Below, in pieces: positions 36,309 through 45,929 of a stretch of DNA of 59,122 bases. The DNA is taken from the sequence record DRR378314_729, one strand, 5' to 3'. Position numbers and translations under genes: made by a program. Under the pieces are notes generated by a model. It was not told the origin of the DNA. It searched no databases and saw only the letters and a program-made list of their open reading frames with translations. The number at the start of each line of letters is the position of its first letter. The first letter of the stretch is position 1.

Positions 36309-36923
36309 ATGAACGGCATTACACTTCACAAGGGCGACCTGCCCGCTGGTCTCGACTTTGGCCCGGTTGTGGCAGTCGACACAGAGGCGATGGGCCTCAA
36401 CCTGCTTCGCGACAATCTCACACTCGTGCAACTCTCCTCCGGTGACGGCACAGCGCATCTCGTCCAACTCGACCGGGATTATGACTGCCCGAACCTGAAA
36501 CAGGTTCTAACCGACCCGAACGTTTTGAAACTGTTCCATTTTGCCCGGTTTGACGTTGCAATGATGAAGCGCTGGATGGGCATTGATTGCGCGCCGATCT
36601 GGTGCACCAAGATCGCTTCCAAGCTGGCGCGCACCTACACAGATCGCCACGGCTTGAAAGATGTCGCCCGCGAAATCGCCGGGGCGGACATGTCCAAGGC
36701 ACAGCAGAGCTCTGACTGGGGCTCAGCCGAGCTGACAGACGCCCAGTTGCAGTACGCCGCGTCTGACGTTCTCTACCTGCACAAGATCAAGGACGGCCTT
36801 GAAGCCATGCTGAAGCGCGAGGGGCGACTGGAGCTAGCGGAAGCCTGCTTTGCCTTCCTGCCAATTCGCGCGACGCTGGACCTGTCTGGTTGGGACGATG
36901 TGGATATCTTCGCACACAGCTAA
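36309..36923 (+). CDS. rnd: Ribonuclease D (3'-5' exonuclease)
   Basis: AVDTEAMGL, FHFARFD, CTKIASKL, QSSDW, YAASDV. Confidence 0.92.
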   Translation: MNGITLHKGDLPAGLDFGPVVAVDTEAMGLNLLRDNLTLVQLSSGDGTAHLVQLDRDYDCPNLKQVLTDPNVLKLFHFARFDVAMMKRWMGIDCAPIWCTKIASKLARTYTDRHGLKDVAREIAGADMSKAQQSSDWGSAELTDAQLQYAASDVLYLHKIKDGLEAMLKREGRLELAEACFAFLPIRATLDLSGWDDVDIFAHS

Positions 36924-37011
36924 CGAAACCGTCATGCCTTCGCCGCTTTTGTTTCCAAGGTTGGGCCGCTAAACGTTTTATCCACTCATTCCAGCAGGCC
37001 ATTTAGTTTTC

Positions 37012-37695
37012 ATGGACGCCGTCAAGCATCACGACCCGGCATCATTGTGGGCGCCCCGGCGCCAGCTCACGCTTGCCCAGGCGCGGAAACGATCTCAGGG
37101 CGTTCGCCTGTTGCGGCTCGGCTTTTCCACGTGTGCAGCTGTCGCGATCGGCCTGTTTCTCGGTTACATTGTGCGCAGCGCGATTGCGAAGGATGCGACG
37201 CCCGTTCAGGTTTCCCAAGGCCAAGCCGTTACCATGGTGAACCCGCGCTTTTCCGGCCGTGACTCCGTAGGGCAGAGTTTTCAGATCGTCGCAGACGCAG
37301 CAAGGCGTCGCCAAGCGACGGAAATGCTCGTCGATCTGGTCAATCCTGTAATGCATGACGAGACCGGCAGTGAAATCCGCGCACCGTCCGGAATGTATGA
37401 TCGCGATGCCGGGATTCTCGAATTGTATGAGGACGTTCGCATTCTCGACTCGAACGGCTTCACCTTCATGACTTCAGGGGCGCGCGTCTTCGTAAATGAG
37501 GGGCGAATTGAAGGGCTTTCTCCCCTGCAAGGCAGAGGGCCCCTTGGCGATATCAGCTGTGACTCGTATGAAGTTCTGGAAGATGGCAACCGCGTCATCT
37601 GTAAAGGCAATGTGAAAACGGTGCTCTATCCGACGACCGAAGAACCGTCGGAACCTGAGACGACTGAAGGTGAGGCCGATGGCTCTGATGAATAA
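37012..37695 (+). CDS. lptC: LPS export protein LptC
   Basis: Single TM, MVNPRFSGRD, jellyroll-like C-terminus; position before lptA-lptB. Confidence 0.82.
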   Translation: MDAVKHHDPASLWAPRRQLTLAQARKRSQGVRLLRLGFSTCAAVAIGLFLGYIVRSAIAKDATPVQVSQGQAVTMVNPRFSGRDSVGQSFQIVADAARRRQATEMLVDLVNPVMHDETGSEIRAPSGMYDRDAGILELYEDVRILDSNGFTFMTSGARVFVNEGRIEGLSPLQGRGPLGDISCDSYEVLEDGNRVICKGNVKTVLYPTTEEPSEPETTEGEADGSDE

Positions 37696-38203
37696 GCTTC
37701 TTGTAACGCTGACGGCTCTGATTGCGTTTGCCATGCCGGCTTTCGCGCAGATCTCGTCCGAAGGCGGCCCGATCTATATCAATTCCGAGCGCACAGAGAG
37801 CCTGGAACTGGAACGCAAGGTATTGCTGATTGGCAATGTCGATATCCAGCAGGGCGATGCCCGCCTGAGAGCTGACACGGTTACGATGATTTTCGCTGAG
37901 CGGCCTGCCGGTGCAACGCAGTCATCAACAGTTGGCGGCGGTTTTGGTCAGGTTCAGACCATGATCGCGGAAGGTAACGTCTTCTACATCACGGCAGACA
38001 TGAAAGCGAAAGGCGACCGCGGCGTCTATGATGCGGCCAGCGACGTCATCACCATGACCGGTAATGTGGCCCTGATGCGTGAGCGTGACGTTGCCGAAGG
38101 CGCAGTGCTGCGGGTGGAAATCGGCAATCGGCGCACCACACTGGATGGCGGCGACGGACGCACGCGAATGGTCCTTGAGCCCGACAATCAAACGGCGAAC
38201 TGA
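37679..38203 (+). CDS. lptA: LPS transport periplasmic protein LptA
   Basis: Signal peptide, PIYINSE, GNVDIQQG, AEGNV, AKGDRGVYD. Start at 37679 or 37688. Confidence 0.88.
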   Translation: MALMNKLLVTLTALIAFAMPAFAQISSEGGPIYINSERTESLELERKVLLIGNVDIQQGDARLRADTVTMIFAERPAGATQSSTVGGGFGQVQTMIAEGNVFYITADMKAKGDRGVYDAASDVITMTGNVALMRERDVAEGAVLRVEIGNRRTTLDGGDGRTRMVLEPDNQTAN

Positions 38204-38301
38204 ACAAATTTTAGCGCAAGCGTGAAGCCGATCTTAAGTATGTCGGGATAAGCCATCCTCCGGGTTGGCAAACACCAGTAGATTGAGGGAAGTGAACAGA
38301 G

Positions 38302-39036
38302 ATGGCGGATCCGGCCGAAGGCCTTGTCGTAAGCAATATTGCCAAGTCTTTTGGCAAGCGACAGGTTGTGCGGGACGTATCTCTAAGCCTTCAACGGGGT
38401 GAAATTGTCGGCCTGCTTGGACCCAATGGGGCCGGCAAAACGACCTGCTTTTACATGATTATGGGCCTCATCGGCGCGGATTCCGGATCAATTTCGATTG
38501 ACGGCGAAGACGTGACCCGCCTGCCCATGTACCAGCGCGCACGCCTCGGCGTGGGCTATCTTCCACAGGAAGCCTCCATTTTCAGGGGCATGACCGTGGA
38601 AGAAAACGTCATGGCCGTTGCGGAACTTGTCGAAAAGGACCGCGCGAAACGAATGGCACAAGTCGATAGCCTGCTCAGCGAATTGCATGTGGAACATCTA
38701 CGTGGCCAGGCGGCGACCTCCCTCTCCGGGGGCGAACGTCGTCGCGTAGAGATCGCCCGTGCACTCGCCTCTCGTCCGAGCTTCATGCTACTGGATGAAC
38801 CGTTCACCGGTATCGACCCACTCGCCATTTCAGACATTTCCGAACTTGTCCGCTACCTGAAGCAACGCGGCCTCGGGGTCCTGATCACGGACCACCAGGT
38901 GCGCGAAACGCTACAGATCGTCGACAAGGCCTATGTTATGTATGAAGGTGAAGTCCTCTTCGACGGTACGCCGCAAGACGTGCTCACGAATGAAGAGGTC
39001 AGACGGGTCTATCTGGGTGAACAGTTCGCCGCTTGA
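38302..39036 (+). CDS. lptB: LPS export ABC ATPase
   Basis: GPNGAGKTT, YLPQEASIF, LSGGERRRVEIAR, LLDEP, ITDH, VYLG. Confidence 0.96.
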   Translation: MADPAEGLVVSNIAKSFGKRQVVRDVSLSLQRGEIVGLLGPNGAGKTTCFYMIMGLIGADSGSISIDGEDVTRLPMYQRARLGVGYLPQEASIFRGMTVEENVMAVAELVEKDRAKRMAQVDSLLSELHVEHLRGQAATSLSGGERRRVEIARALASRPSFMLLDEPFTGIDPLAISDISELVRYLKQRGLGVLITDHQVRETLQIVDKAYVMYEGEVLFDGTPQDVLTNEEVRRVYLGEQFAA

Positions 39037-39056
39037 GGAAAGGCGCGGGCTTAGGA

Positions 39057-40547
39057 ATGAAACAGTCACTCGACATGCGCCAGGGCCAGTCCCTGGTAAT
39101 GACGCCGCAACTCCAGCAGGCGATCAAGCTGCTGCAACTTTCCAATCAGGAACTTACCGAGTTCGTTGAAGCCGAGATTGAGCGCAACCCGCTTCTGAAC
39201 AAGGGTGAGGAGGATTCGTCCGGCGATTCCGAACGCGCGCAATCAGACAACCGGGAACAATTGTCGCTCGATGAATCTTCTGGTCTCGGTGCTGCGCGAG
39301 ATCAATTGGATGCGCCGGGCGAGGATGTCTATGAACCCGGCACGGGGTCAGACACTGCGACGCCCGCTGGCTCCAGCGGGCCATCTGCCAAGGCAGACTG
39401 GTCTGGCGTTGGTGGCGGCGGCTCCAGCGAAGACTTCGACTATACAGCCAATCTGAGCTCAGACGTTTCCCTGCACGAACATCTTCATACCCAGCTGAAT
39501 CTCGCGCCCCTGTCGGCGGCAGACCGCCTGATTGCGTCGCGCCTGATCGACGAAACCGACGACACGGGTTACCTGCGCGCAGATATCGAGGAAGTCGCTG
39601 TCGCACTTGGTGCCGACACGGCCAATGTCGAAGCTGTGCTGTCGGTCTGCCAGGGCTTTGACCCGACTGGTGTGATGGCCCGCTCCATTCCGGAATGTCT
39701 CGGCCTGCAGCTGAAAGAGCTCGGCCGTTACGACCCCGCCATGGAAGCGATGGTTCAAAACCTTCAACTGGTTGCGAAGCACGATCTGAAAGGCCTTGCC
39801 GATATCTGTGGTGTCGACAAGGAAGACCTGCTCGACATGATGAGCGAGCTGCGCCAATTGTCACCCAAGCCAGGCTCTAGCTTTGCCAGCGATGCCTCCG
39901 TTGCTGTGACACCAGACGTCTTCGTCCGGGAACTACCGAATGGGATGTTTGCGGTCGAACTGAATTCTGAGAATCTGCCCCGTGTCCTGATGGACAAGGC
40001 ATATTATGCCGAAGTCACGGCTCTGCCGATGCGCGAGAAGGAGAAGGAATTTATCTCCGAATGCGCCGCGTCCGCCACATGGCTGATCAAGTCTCTGGAC
40101 CAGCGCGCCCGGACCATTCTGAAAGTGGCCAGCGAAATCGTACGCCAGCAGGACGCCTTCTTTGCACACGGTGTCGCACATTTGCGCCCGCTGAACTTGA
40201 AGCAAGTCGCTGATGCCATTGAAATGCATGAATCGACCGTCAGCCGCGTGACCACGAACAAATACATGTCCACACCGCGCGGTCTGTTTGAATTGAAATA
40301 CTTTTTCTCAGCAGCAATCCCGGCAACAGGCGGGGGTGAAGCGCACTCCGCTGAGGCTGTCCGTCACCGGATCAAGACCCTGATCGATAATGAAACACCC
40401 GACAATGTGCTCTCGGATGATCAGATCGTCGAAATCCTGACGGGCTATGGTGTCGATATTGCCCGCCGGACGGTCGCAAAGTATCGCGAAAGCCTCAACA
40501 TTCCATCCAGTGTCCAACGCCGCCGCATCCTGCGCGCCAGCGCCTGA
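39057..40547 (+). CDS. rpoN: RNA polymerase sigma-54
   Basis: MTPQLQQAIKLLQL, HESTVSRVT, RpoN box ARRTVAKYRE. Confidence 0.97.
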   Translation: MKQSLDMRQGQSLVMTPQLQQAIKLLQLSNQELTEFVEAEIERNPLLNKGEEDSSGDSERAQSDNREQLSLDESSGLGAARDQLDAPGEDVYEPGTGSDTATPAGSSGPSAKADWSGVGGGGSSEDFDYTANLSSDVSLHEHLHTQLNLAPLSAADRLIASRLIDETDDTGYLRADIEEVAVALGADTANVEAVLSVCQGFDPTGVMARSIPECLGLQLKELGRYDPAMEAMVQNLQLVAKHDLKGLADICGVDKEDLLDMMSELRQLSPKPGSSFASDASVAVTPDVFVRELPNGMFAVELNSENLPRVLMDKAYYAEVTALPMREKEKEFISECAASATWLIKSLDQRARTILKVASEIVRQQDAFFAHGVAHLRPLNLKQVADAIEMHESTVSRVTTNKYMSTPRGLFELKYFFSAAIPATGGGEAHSAEAVRHRIKTLIDNETPDNVLSDDQIVEILTGYGVDIARRTVAKYRESLNIPSSVQRRRILRASA

Positions 40548-40549
40548 CC

Positions 40550-41353
40550 CTAGTTTGTGCCTGATGCGTCAGTCGGCGCAGGATCGAACATCCCATTCAG
40601 ATAGGCCGCCAAGCGCACTCCGCCTTTGCTCATCTGCTCGTTGAGGATCGGCCGCGCCATATAAGCGTAGTCATAAGACAGGATTTCCGACTCCGGATAA
40701 ATCGTGTCGCGAATAGCAGCGCTTTCATCGGCCCATTGCGCAGGGGTCGCTTTCCCCCATTCACCGAGATCTGCCGGTGTGATCTTCTGGATCAGCCAAT
40801 TCGCCCATTCCGAATAAGACAATTCTTCATACTGGATCAGCTTCTCATCCCAGACTTCATGGAGATTGGACATCTCTTCAAAGAAGACGACGTCGACCCA
40901 GTTGCCGCCCCGGTCCTTGCCATTTCCAGCATGAAGAGGCTGCTGCAAATCACCGACAAGGTGCACAATGAAGCGCAGCGCAAGTTGACGGTCTTCCAGA
41001 CTTGCACCCTCATCCATCGCGATCGCCCGGAATTTGGTGAGCGCCGTAATCGCATCCCCAGCCTCTGGCGGGGTCGTCTCTGTATAGCGCATCCCCTCGG
41101 GTATCGTCACATAGTGCCAGGGATTAGCTTCAGATCGCCAGAAAGCGTCTGGATTGGAGCGCATGTAATCCGCCCAGTCAGAAGCCTCGGCGAGCCCCTC
41201 CGGTCCCAGAATATCCTCCACAGCCTGCGCGGCCGGCTCGCTAAGGTATTCCGTGGCAACTTCACCCACAATCCGATGACCGGTTTTCCCCCACGCCGAC
41301 GCCGGCAGAGCCAATGCGGCGAGAGAACAAGCGAGCGCGATTGTGCGAAACAT
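40550..41353 (-). CDS. Exported S1/P1 family nuclease
   Basis: Signal peptide then WGKTGH, WAD, WHY, HLVGDLQQPLH, NLHEVWD. Confidence 0.93.
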   Translation of the reverse strand: MFRTIALACSLAALALPASAWGKTGHRIVGEVATEYLSEPAAQAVEDILGPEGLAEASDWADYMRSNPDAFWRSEANPWHYVTIPEGMRYTETTPPEAGDAITALTKFRAIAMDEGASLEDRQLALRFIVHLVGDLQQPLHAGNGKDRGGNWVDVVFFEEMSNLHEVWDEKLIQYEELSYSEWANWLIQKITPADLGEWGKATPAQWADESAAIRDTIYPESEILSYDYAYMARPILNEQMSKGGVRLAAYLNGMFDPAPTDASGTN

Positions 41354-41441
41354 GGGAATACCTCCAGATCGGAAACAGGACACCAGAAAGCCCTAGCGCC
41401 AAGATACGTCAACCACGTGACGCGCCATGCCTTCTATCTCT

Positions 41442-42278
41442 TCAGAGATAGGGCTGAAGCTCTGCGCGCTTTGGTAGGCTTGGCTGGGCTCCGGGGCGAG
41501 TACATGCCACCGAGCCAGCCGCCACCGCAAAAGCAAGCGCGGCTTCGGGAGATTTTCCTTCAATCATTGCAACCGTCAACGCAGCGGTAAACGTGTCCCC
41601 TGCCCCGACTGTATCGACGACAGTCACTTTTGGCGCCGCAACCCGCGCGATTTCCTGTCCACCACGCCAGAGAGCCGCGCCATCTCCGCCAAGTGAGATC
41701 GCGATATAGGCATCAAGCTTGTGCAAGGCATCGCCGTAAAACGCAGCTTCGGTTTCGTTCACGCTGATCAGGTCAGCCTCCGCGAGTAAAGCGTCGGGCA
41801 CGTGCATGGCAGGCGCAAGGTTCAGGCTAACAAAGCCTGTCGCCTTTCGAGCTGCTGCGAGCAGAGTTTCCGCGCGAACCTCCAGCACACCCATCATATG
41901 CTCGATGGGTATTTGCGCGACGTCGTCCGGACGAAGCACATCATTTGCACCGGGGCAAACAACAATCTGGTTTTCGCCATCGCGAGACACCGCAATCAAA
42001 GCCACACCCGTCGTCTCGCCATTCACATGCTGAACGCTGGACAGATCTACTCCGCCTGACTGAAGGAGTCTCAAGGCTTCATCGGCCATGTCATCTGCGC
42101 CGACTGCCCCGACAAGCTGCACGTCCGCGCCGAGGCGACGCGCCGCCAAAGCCTGGTTTGCGCCTTTACCGCCGGGATGGCGGGCGAGCATTGCGCCGGT
42201 CACCGTCTCCCCCGGTCGAGGCAGCGCGGAACCGGTCGCAACGATATCAAGATTGATCGATCCGACGACGGTAATCAT
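41442..42278 (-). CDS. rbsK: Ribokinase (PfkB family)
   Basis: VVGSINLD, GGKGANQA, NETE, DTVGAGDTF. Confidence 0.9.
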   Translation of the reverse strand: MITVVGSINLDIVATGSALPRPGETVTGAMLARHPGGKGANQALAARRLGADVQLVGAVGADDMADEALRLLQSGGVDLSSVQHVNGETTGVALIAVSRDGENQIVVCPGANDVLRPDDVAQIPIEHMMGVLEVRAETLLAAARKATGFVSLNLAPAMHVPDALLAEADLISVNETEAAFYGDALHKLDAYIAISLGGDGAALWRGGQEIARVAAPKVTVVDTVGAGDTFTAALTVAMIEGKSPEAALAFAVAAGSVACTRPGAQPSLPKRAELQPYL

Positions 42279-43198
42279 GCACGCTCCATCAAGCTCACGA
42301 GAAGATCAAAGAAGCCATCCGCATCTGCGTCCGTGATCCAGGTGTGCGGCCCTGCCTCCAGTTTCTGAGGCCGAGTCTGACCGAACCGCTCTCCCGCTTC
42401 GGTCTCAACCGAAACGCTGGAGCGATAGCCACTGAAAAGATCAGGGGCCAGCACAAAGCCAATGGTGGACGGATCATGCATCGGCGTACGCTTGCCCTTC
42501 CACTTCTCTTCCAGAAAATTCGCCGCTTCCAGAAGACGCACCATGATCGCAGATCTTTCGCCTGGTATGCCACGCAGTCGATCCACATACTGATCATGCG
42601 CGCGCACCTGATGGGTAGCATCCAGAGGAAGCAGTATCGCGGGTACACCGCTGCTCAGCACGATTTCCCCCGCATGCGGATCGGCAAAGACGTTGAACTC
42701 CGCAAAGGGCGTGATGTTGCCACCTTCACTGTCTGCACCGCCCATGATGACCAGTTGCCGGATATGGTGTGCGATGTCTGGTGCCATGACCAGCGCCGTC
42801 GCCACATTGGTCATTGGCCCGGTGATGATGATCGAAACTTCATTCGGCCCGGCCGCCCGAAGAGTGCTGATCAGGGCGTTGACGGCATGAGACGCACCAA
42901 GAGGAGTTTCCGGTTCGAACGGGTCGAGACCCGCTATGCCGCTCTCGCCGTGAAAATCCTCAGCCGTTACCGGCAGTCGCAATATGGGCCTCGGGCATCC
43001 GGCAAAGACCGGTACGTCCTCGCGTCCCATAAGATCGCACATCATCCGTGCATTCCGGCTTGTCAGATGCAGCGGAACATTACCGGCGACCGTTGTGATG
43101 GCCCGCACATCCAGCGCAGGGCTGGCCAGCGCCATCATCAACATGACGGCATCATCCACGCCGGGATCGCAGTCAATTATCAGGGGAAGAGTGGACAT
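42275..43198 (-). CDS. Nucleoside hydrolase (IU-NH family)
   Basis: DCDPGVDD, TVAGN, HGESG, AEFNVFADP, HDP. Confidence 0.93.
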   Translation of the reverse strand: MSTLPLIIDCDPGVDDAVMLMMALASPALDVRAITTVAGNVPLHLTSRNARMMCDLMGREDVPVFAGCPRPILRLPVTAEDFHGESGIAGLDPFEPETPLGASHAVNALISTLRAAGPNEVSIIITGPMTNVATALVMAPDIAHHIRQLVIMGGADSEGGNITPFAEFNVFADPHAGEIVLSSGVPAILLPLDATHQVRAHDQYVDRLRGIPGERSAIMVRLLEAANFLEEKWKGKRTPMHDPSTIGFVLAPDLFSGYRSSVSVETEAGERFGQTRPQKLEAGPHTWITDADADGFFDLLVSLMERA

Positions 43199-43283
43199 CA
43201 GGCTCCGCAACACAGGCTATCGAGTGACAAAACAGACGACAATGCCTAAGCATGAAGCATGCCCTTGGCCAGAGGATTGTTCC

Positions 43284-43691
43284 GTGACTGACGCTCAAAT
43301 CCCCCTGAAAGACAGAATGAAATCGGCTGCTATTGCGGCACGCGAGAACGCGCATGCGCCTTATTCTCGGTTCAAGGTCGGTGCAGCCGTACTGGATGAT
43401 CAGGGACGGATTTTTGCGGGATGCAACATGGAGAATGCTGCCTATCCGCTCGGCACCTGCGCCGAGGCGGTGGCGCTAGGTGCAATGATCACAGCTGGTG
43501 GAAAGACCTGTTCGCATGTGCTGATCGTTGGCGGAGATGGTCGTCTGTCGCCATGCGGCGGCTGTCGTCAGCGTATCGCTGAACTGTGCACATCTGATTG
43601 TGTCGTATCCGCGGTATCGGCCGACGGAGCCATACTCAAGGAATGGAAGATGGCAGACCTTCTGCCACATGCGTTCGAATTTGACCGTTAG
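43284..43691 (+). CDS. cdd: Cytidine deaminase
   Basis: APYSRFKVGAA, GCNMENAAY, CAE, SPCGGCRQ; GTG start after AGAGGA. Confidence 0.93.
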   Translation: MTDAQIPLKDRMKSAAIAARENAHAPYSRFKVGAAVLDDQGRIFAGCNMENAAYPLGTCAEAVALGAMITAGGKTCSHVLIVGGDGRLSPCGGCRQRIAELCTSDCVVSAVSADGAILKEWKMADLLPHAFEFDR

Positions 43692-44245
43692 CCCTGCTTG
43701 GAAGCTTGTTCTGCGTCCCGCTCGCGGTCTTTCGCCTGCAAATCTGCAATCGCATCAAGATAACGCTGGCTGAGCGGCGGGCTCGTCAGGTCCAGCCCCA
43801 TCGCCTCCAGCGCCATATCCGTTGTCACTTTTTGTCGCCGCCGACCGACAAGGCGCGCCACCATGCGACTTTCCGCAATCAGCTTTCCCTTGCTGTGAAA
43901 CCGGTGACGGAAGCAGATATAGCAATCCTCCCACCCGACGAGTTGCGTTGTCAGTTCGAATTTCTGCGGAAACTTCATCATTCGATAGAATGTGATGGAT
44001 TCATGCTGGACGATCGGGCTCCAGCCTCGCTTTCGATACGTCATCAGCGCACCGGTCCGGCCCATATAGTTCATTGTGCCAAGATCAGTGAAAGACGAAT
44101 AGCGCGAATTGGTCATGTGACCGAGCGGATCCTGGTCCCCGATCCAGACCGAAGACCGGATCGTGTGCACATCCATCAGCCCAGTGCGCTTCTTCGTGAA
44201 GAACGCCGGTAGGAATATGCGGAGGAACCGGAAGAACAGATTCAT
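43688..44245 (-). CDS. Thioesterase (4HBT-like hotdog fold)
   Basis: DQDPLGHMTNSRY, DLG, LVGWED. Confidence 0.85.
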   Translation of the reverse strand: MNLFFRFLRIFLPAFFTKKRTGLMDVHTIRSSVWIGDQDPLGHMTNSRYSSFTDLGTMNYMGRTGALMTYRKRGWSPIVQHESITFYRMMKFPQKFELTTQLVGWEDCYICFRHRFHSKGKLIAESRMVARLVGRRRQKVTTDMALEAMGLDLTSPPLSQRYLDAIADLQAKDRERDAEQASKQG

Positions 44246-44425
44246 ACAACAACTCTCTGCCCGCATTATGGAGCATAAGGTAACCAGACTCTTTCAGCGT
44301 CGATGGCTGGTCGCGCGGTGACAGCATCCCTCCGGAATACTCCGCCGCTTGTCAGTCATTCAGCTGGACAGGAGAGCATCCGCAAGACGCGGGCCAGAAT
44401 TGTAGTAAATATTGCAGGAAGCACG

Positions 44426-44454
44426 AAAAAAGCCGGCACATTCTGTGCCGACTT
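44426..44454 (-). terminator. Probable Rho-independent terminator
   Basis: AAAAAAGCCGGCACA-TTC-TGTGCCGACTT; U-tract on the minus strand, downstream of the 44535 ORF. Confidence 0.65.
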
Positions 44455-44534
44455 AGTTCAGATGGAGAAGCACCAGAGCGTTGCTTCACCGACTCTATGC
44501 ATCAGATCCAAAATCGTTCGAATTTTTGTTGCGA

Positions 44535-45707
44535 TTATGAGTTAACGCTATCAGCTGCCGCATTAACGTGGTTGCGCCCGTACAGTATCAGCAGGGCAAC
44601 GAGCCCGATTGACGTGCCCTGACTGGAAAAAAGCTCCAGCATCAATGCGAAGAACCAGCCCGGAATGGAGGTGCGCGTTTGGGCCTGAACAAGGATGTCG
44701 CCGCTGCCTGTGCCAAGCAATTCTGCATTGGCTGCATCAATCCGCGCCTGCAGGTCATCGCGGCGACGGGCAAGGCCAAGTTCGTTCTGCGCATCACGAT
44801 AGGGTTTCTGATGCGTACGCCCCACGCGTTCAACTTCCGCCAGATATGCCTCCAGCCCCTCAACCGAGCGCGTCTCAGGGGGAATCCCCTCCAATTGTCG
44901 CCGCCAATCGGTGATCTGCATTTCCAGCACGTCCCGATTTGATCCAGCCTGTACCAATTCGGCTTCGGCTGCGCGATTATTGGCAGCAATATACATTTGC
45001 GTGCCGACGATGGACGTGCCGCCCCCCGCCAGGGCGAACAGAAGGGCACGAATGCCTTCCTTCATCCGGCCATTGGCAGAGTGCCAATAGAAGAAGGTAA
45101 ATCCGCCAAAGGAAATGACCGCGGCAATCACACCGGTCCATCCCCAGACGCCAGACTGCAATGGGTCGGCGACTGAGCTGGAAAAGGCCTGGTAGTTCGC
45201 AAAGCCCGACAGCCCAGCCGCAGCCAGACCAGCGCCAAGAAACACAAGCGCCAGTAAAGTGATGATGATCTTCTCGCCGGTGTGGCGCCCTTGCCGCGCT
45301 GTCTTGCGCGCGGCTTTGGCCTCTCGCCGTATCTCGCCCTGTGATCGGACACGCTGCCCCTCCCCCAAATGAACCACTCTGGGCTCGGTCTTCACGACTG
45401 CGCGGGTAGCGCGGATAGGGGCGATAGAATAATCTGTATCAACAATGTCCCGAACCACGGGCGAAGAAGCAGGCTCTCCCGTCTCAAGCGCGCGAACCAA
45501 TTCCCGGAACGAACCCGACGCGCCACAATTGCTGCAACTGAATTGCTCACTGACTTGGTTAAGAGTCAGGCTGTTGTCTCCTGCCTCGATGCAATCCTGC
45601 GTCAGGCGGCATGTGCTTTTTACCTCTGCCTCATCCTGACTGGAATCAAGATCGAGCCCGAGTTCCCGGAGCCGTTGCAAGTCAAATTGGCGACGATCGT
45701 CCGCCAT
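44535..45707 (-). CDS. Hypothetical multi-TM coiled-coil protein with N-terminal 4-Cys zinc ribbon
   Basis: CRLTQDC...FSCSNCGASG, three TM segments, coiled coil, C-terminal hydrophobic segment; AGGAGG RBS before ATG 45707. Confidence 0.75.
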   Translation of the reverse strand: MADDRRQFDLQRLRELGLDLDSSQDEAEVKSTCRLTQDCIEAGDNSLTLNQVSEQFSCSNCGASGSFRELVRALETGEPASSPVVRDIVDTDYSIAPIRATRAVVKTEPRVVHLGEGQRVRSQGEIRREAKAARKTARQGRHTGEKIIITLLALVFLGAGLAAAGLSGFANYQAFSSSVADPLQSGVWGWTGVIAAVISFGGFTFFYWHSANGRMKEGIRALLFALAGGGTSIVGTQMYIAANNRAAEAELVQAGSNRDVLEMQITDWRRQLEGIPPETRSVEGLEAYLAEVERVGRTHQKPYRDAQNELGLARRRDDLQARIDAANAELLGTGSGDILVQAQTRTSIPGWFFALMLELFSSQGTSIGLVALLILYGRNHVNAAADSVNS

Positions 45708-45929
45708 GCAGCGCCTCCTACAGGTTCCCGGCACATGTTCCCCACGTGTTCTAGCCAATCCGAGGCCGGTTCGTCACCCCCACACCACACGTATCGATAA
45801 CGTTTGCGCCAGCGATGTTGTTACACCTTTACGAGGGTGGCCCCCTCACCTTAAGTCTTTAGCAATCCGCATTGCCGGACACTTCTATAAAACACGGCCC
45901 GCCTCAGGCGGGTTCACTGGAGGAACTCA

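Noticed and set aside
42984-43283. N-terminal extension of cytidine deaminase
   Set aside because: Overlaps the divergent nucleoside hydrolase; GTG at 43284 with RBS fits better.
44270-44530. About 260-bp intergenic region as a possible sRNA or riboswitch
   Set aside because: Apart from one terminator hairpin, no recognisable conserved motif or credible ORF.
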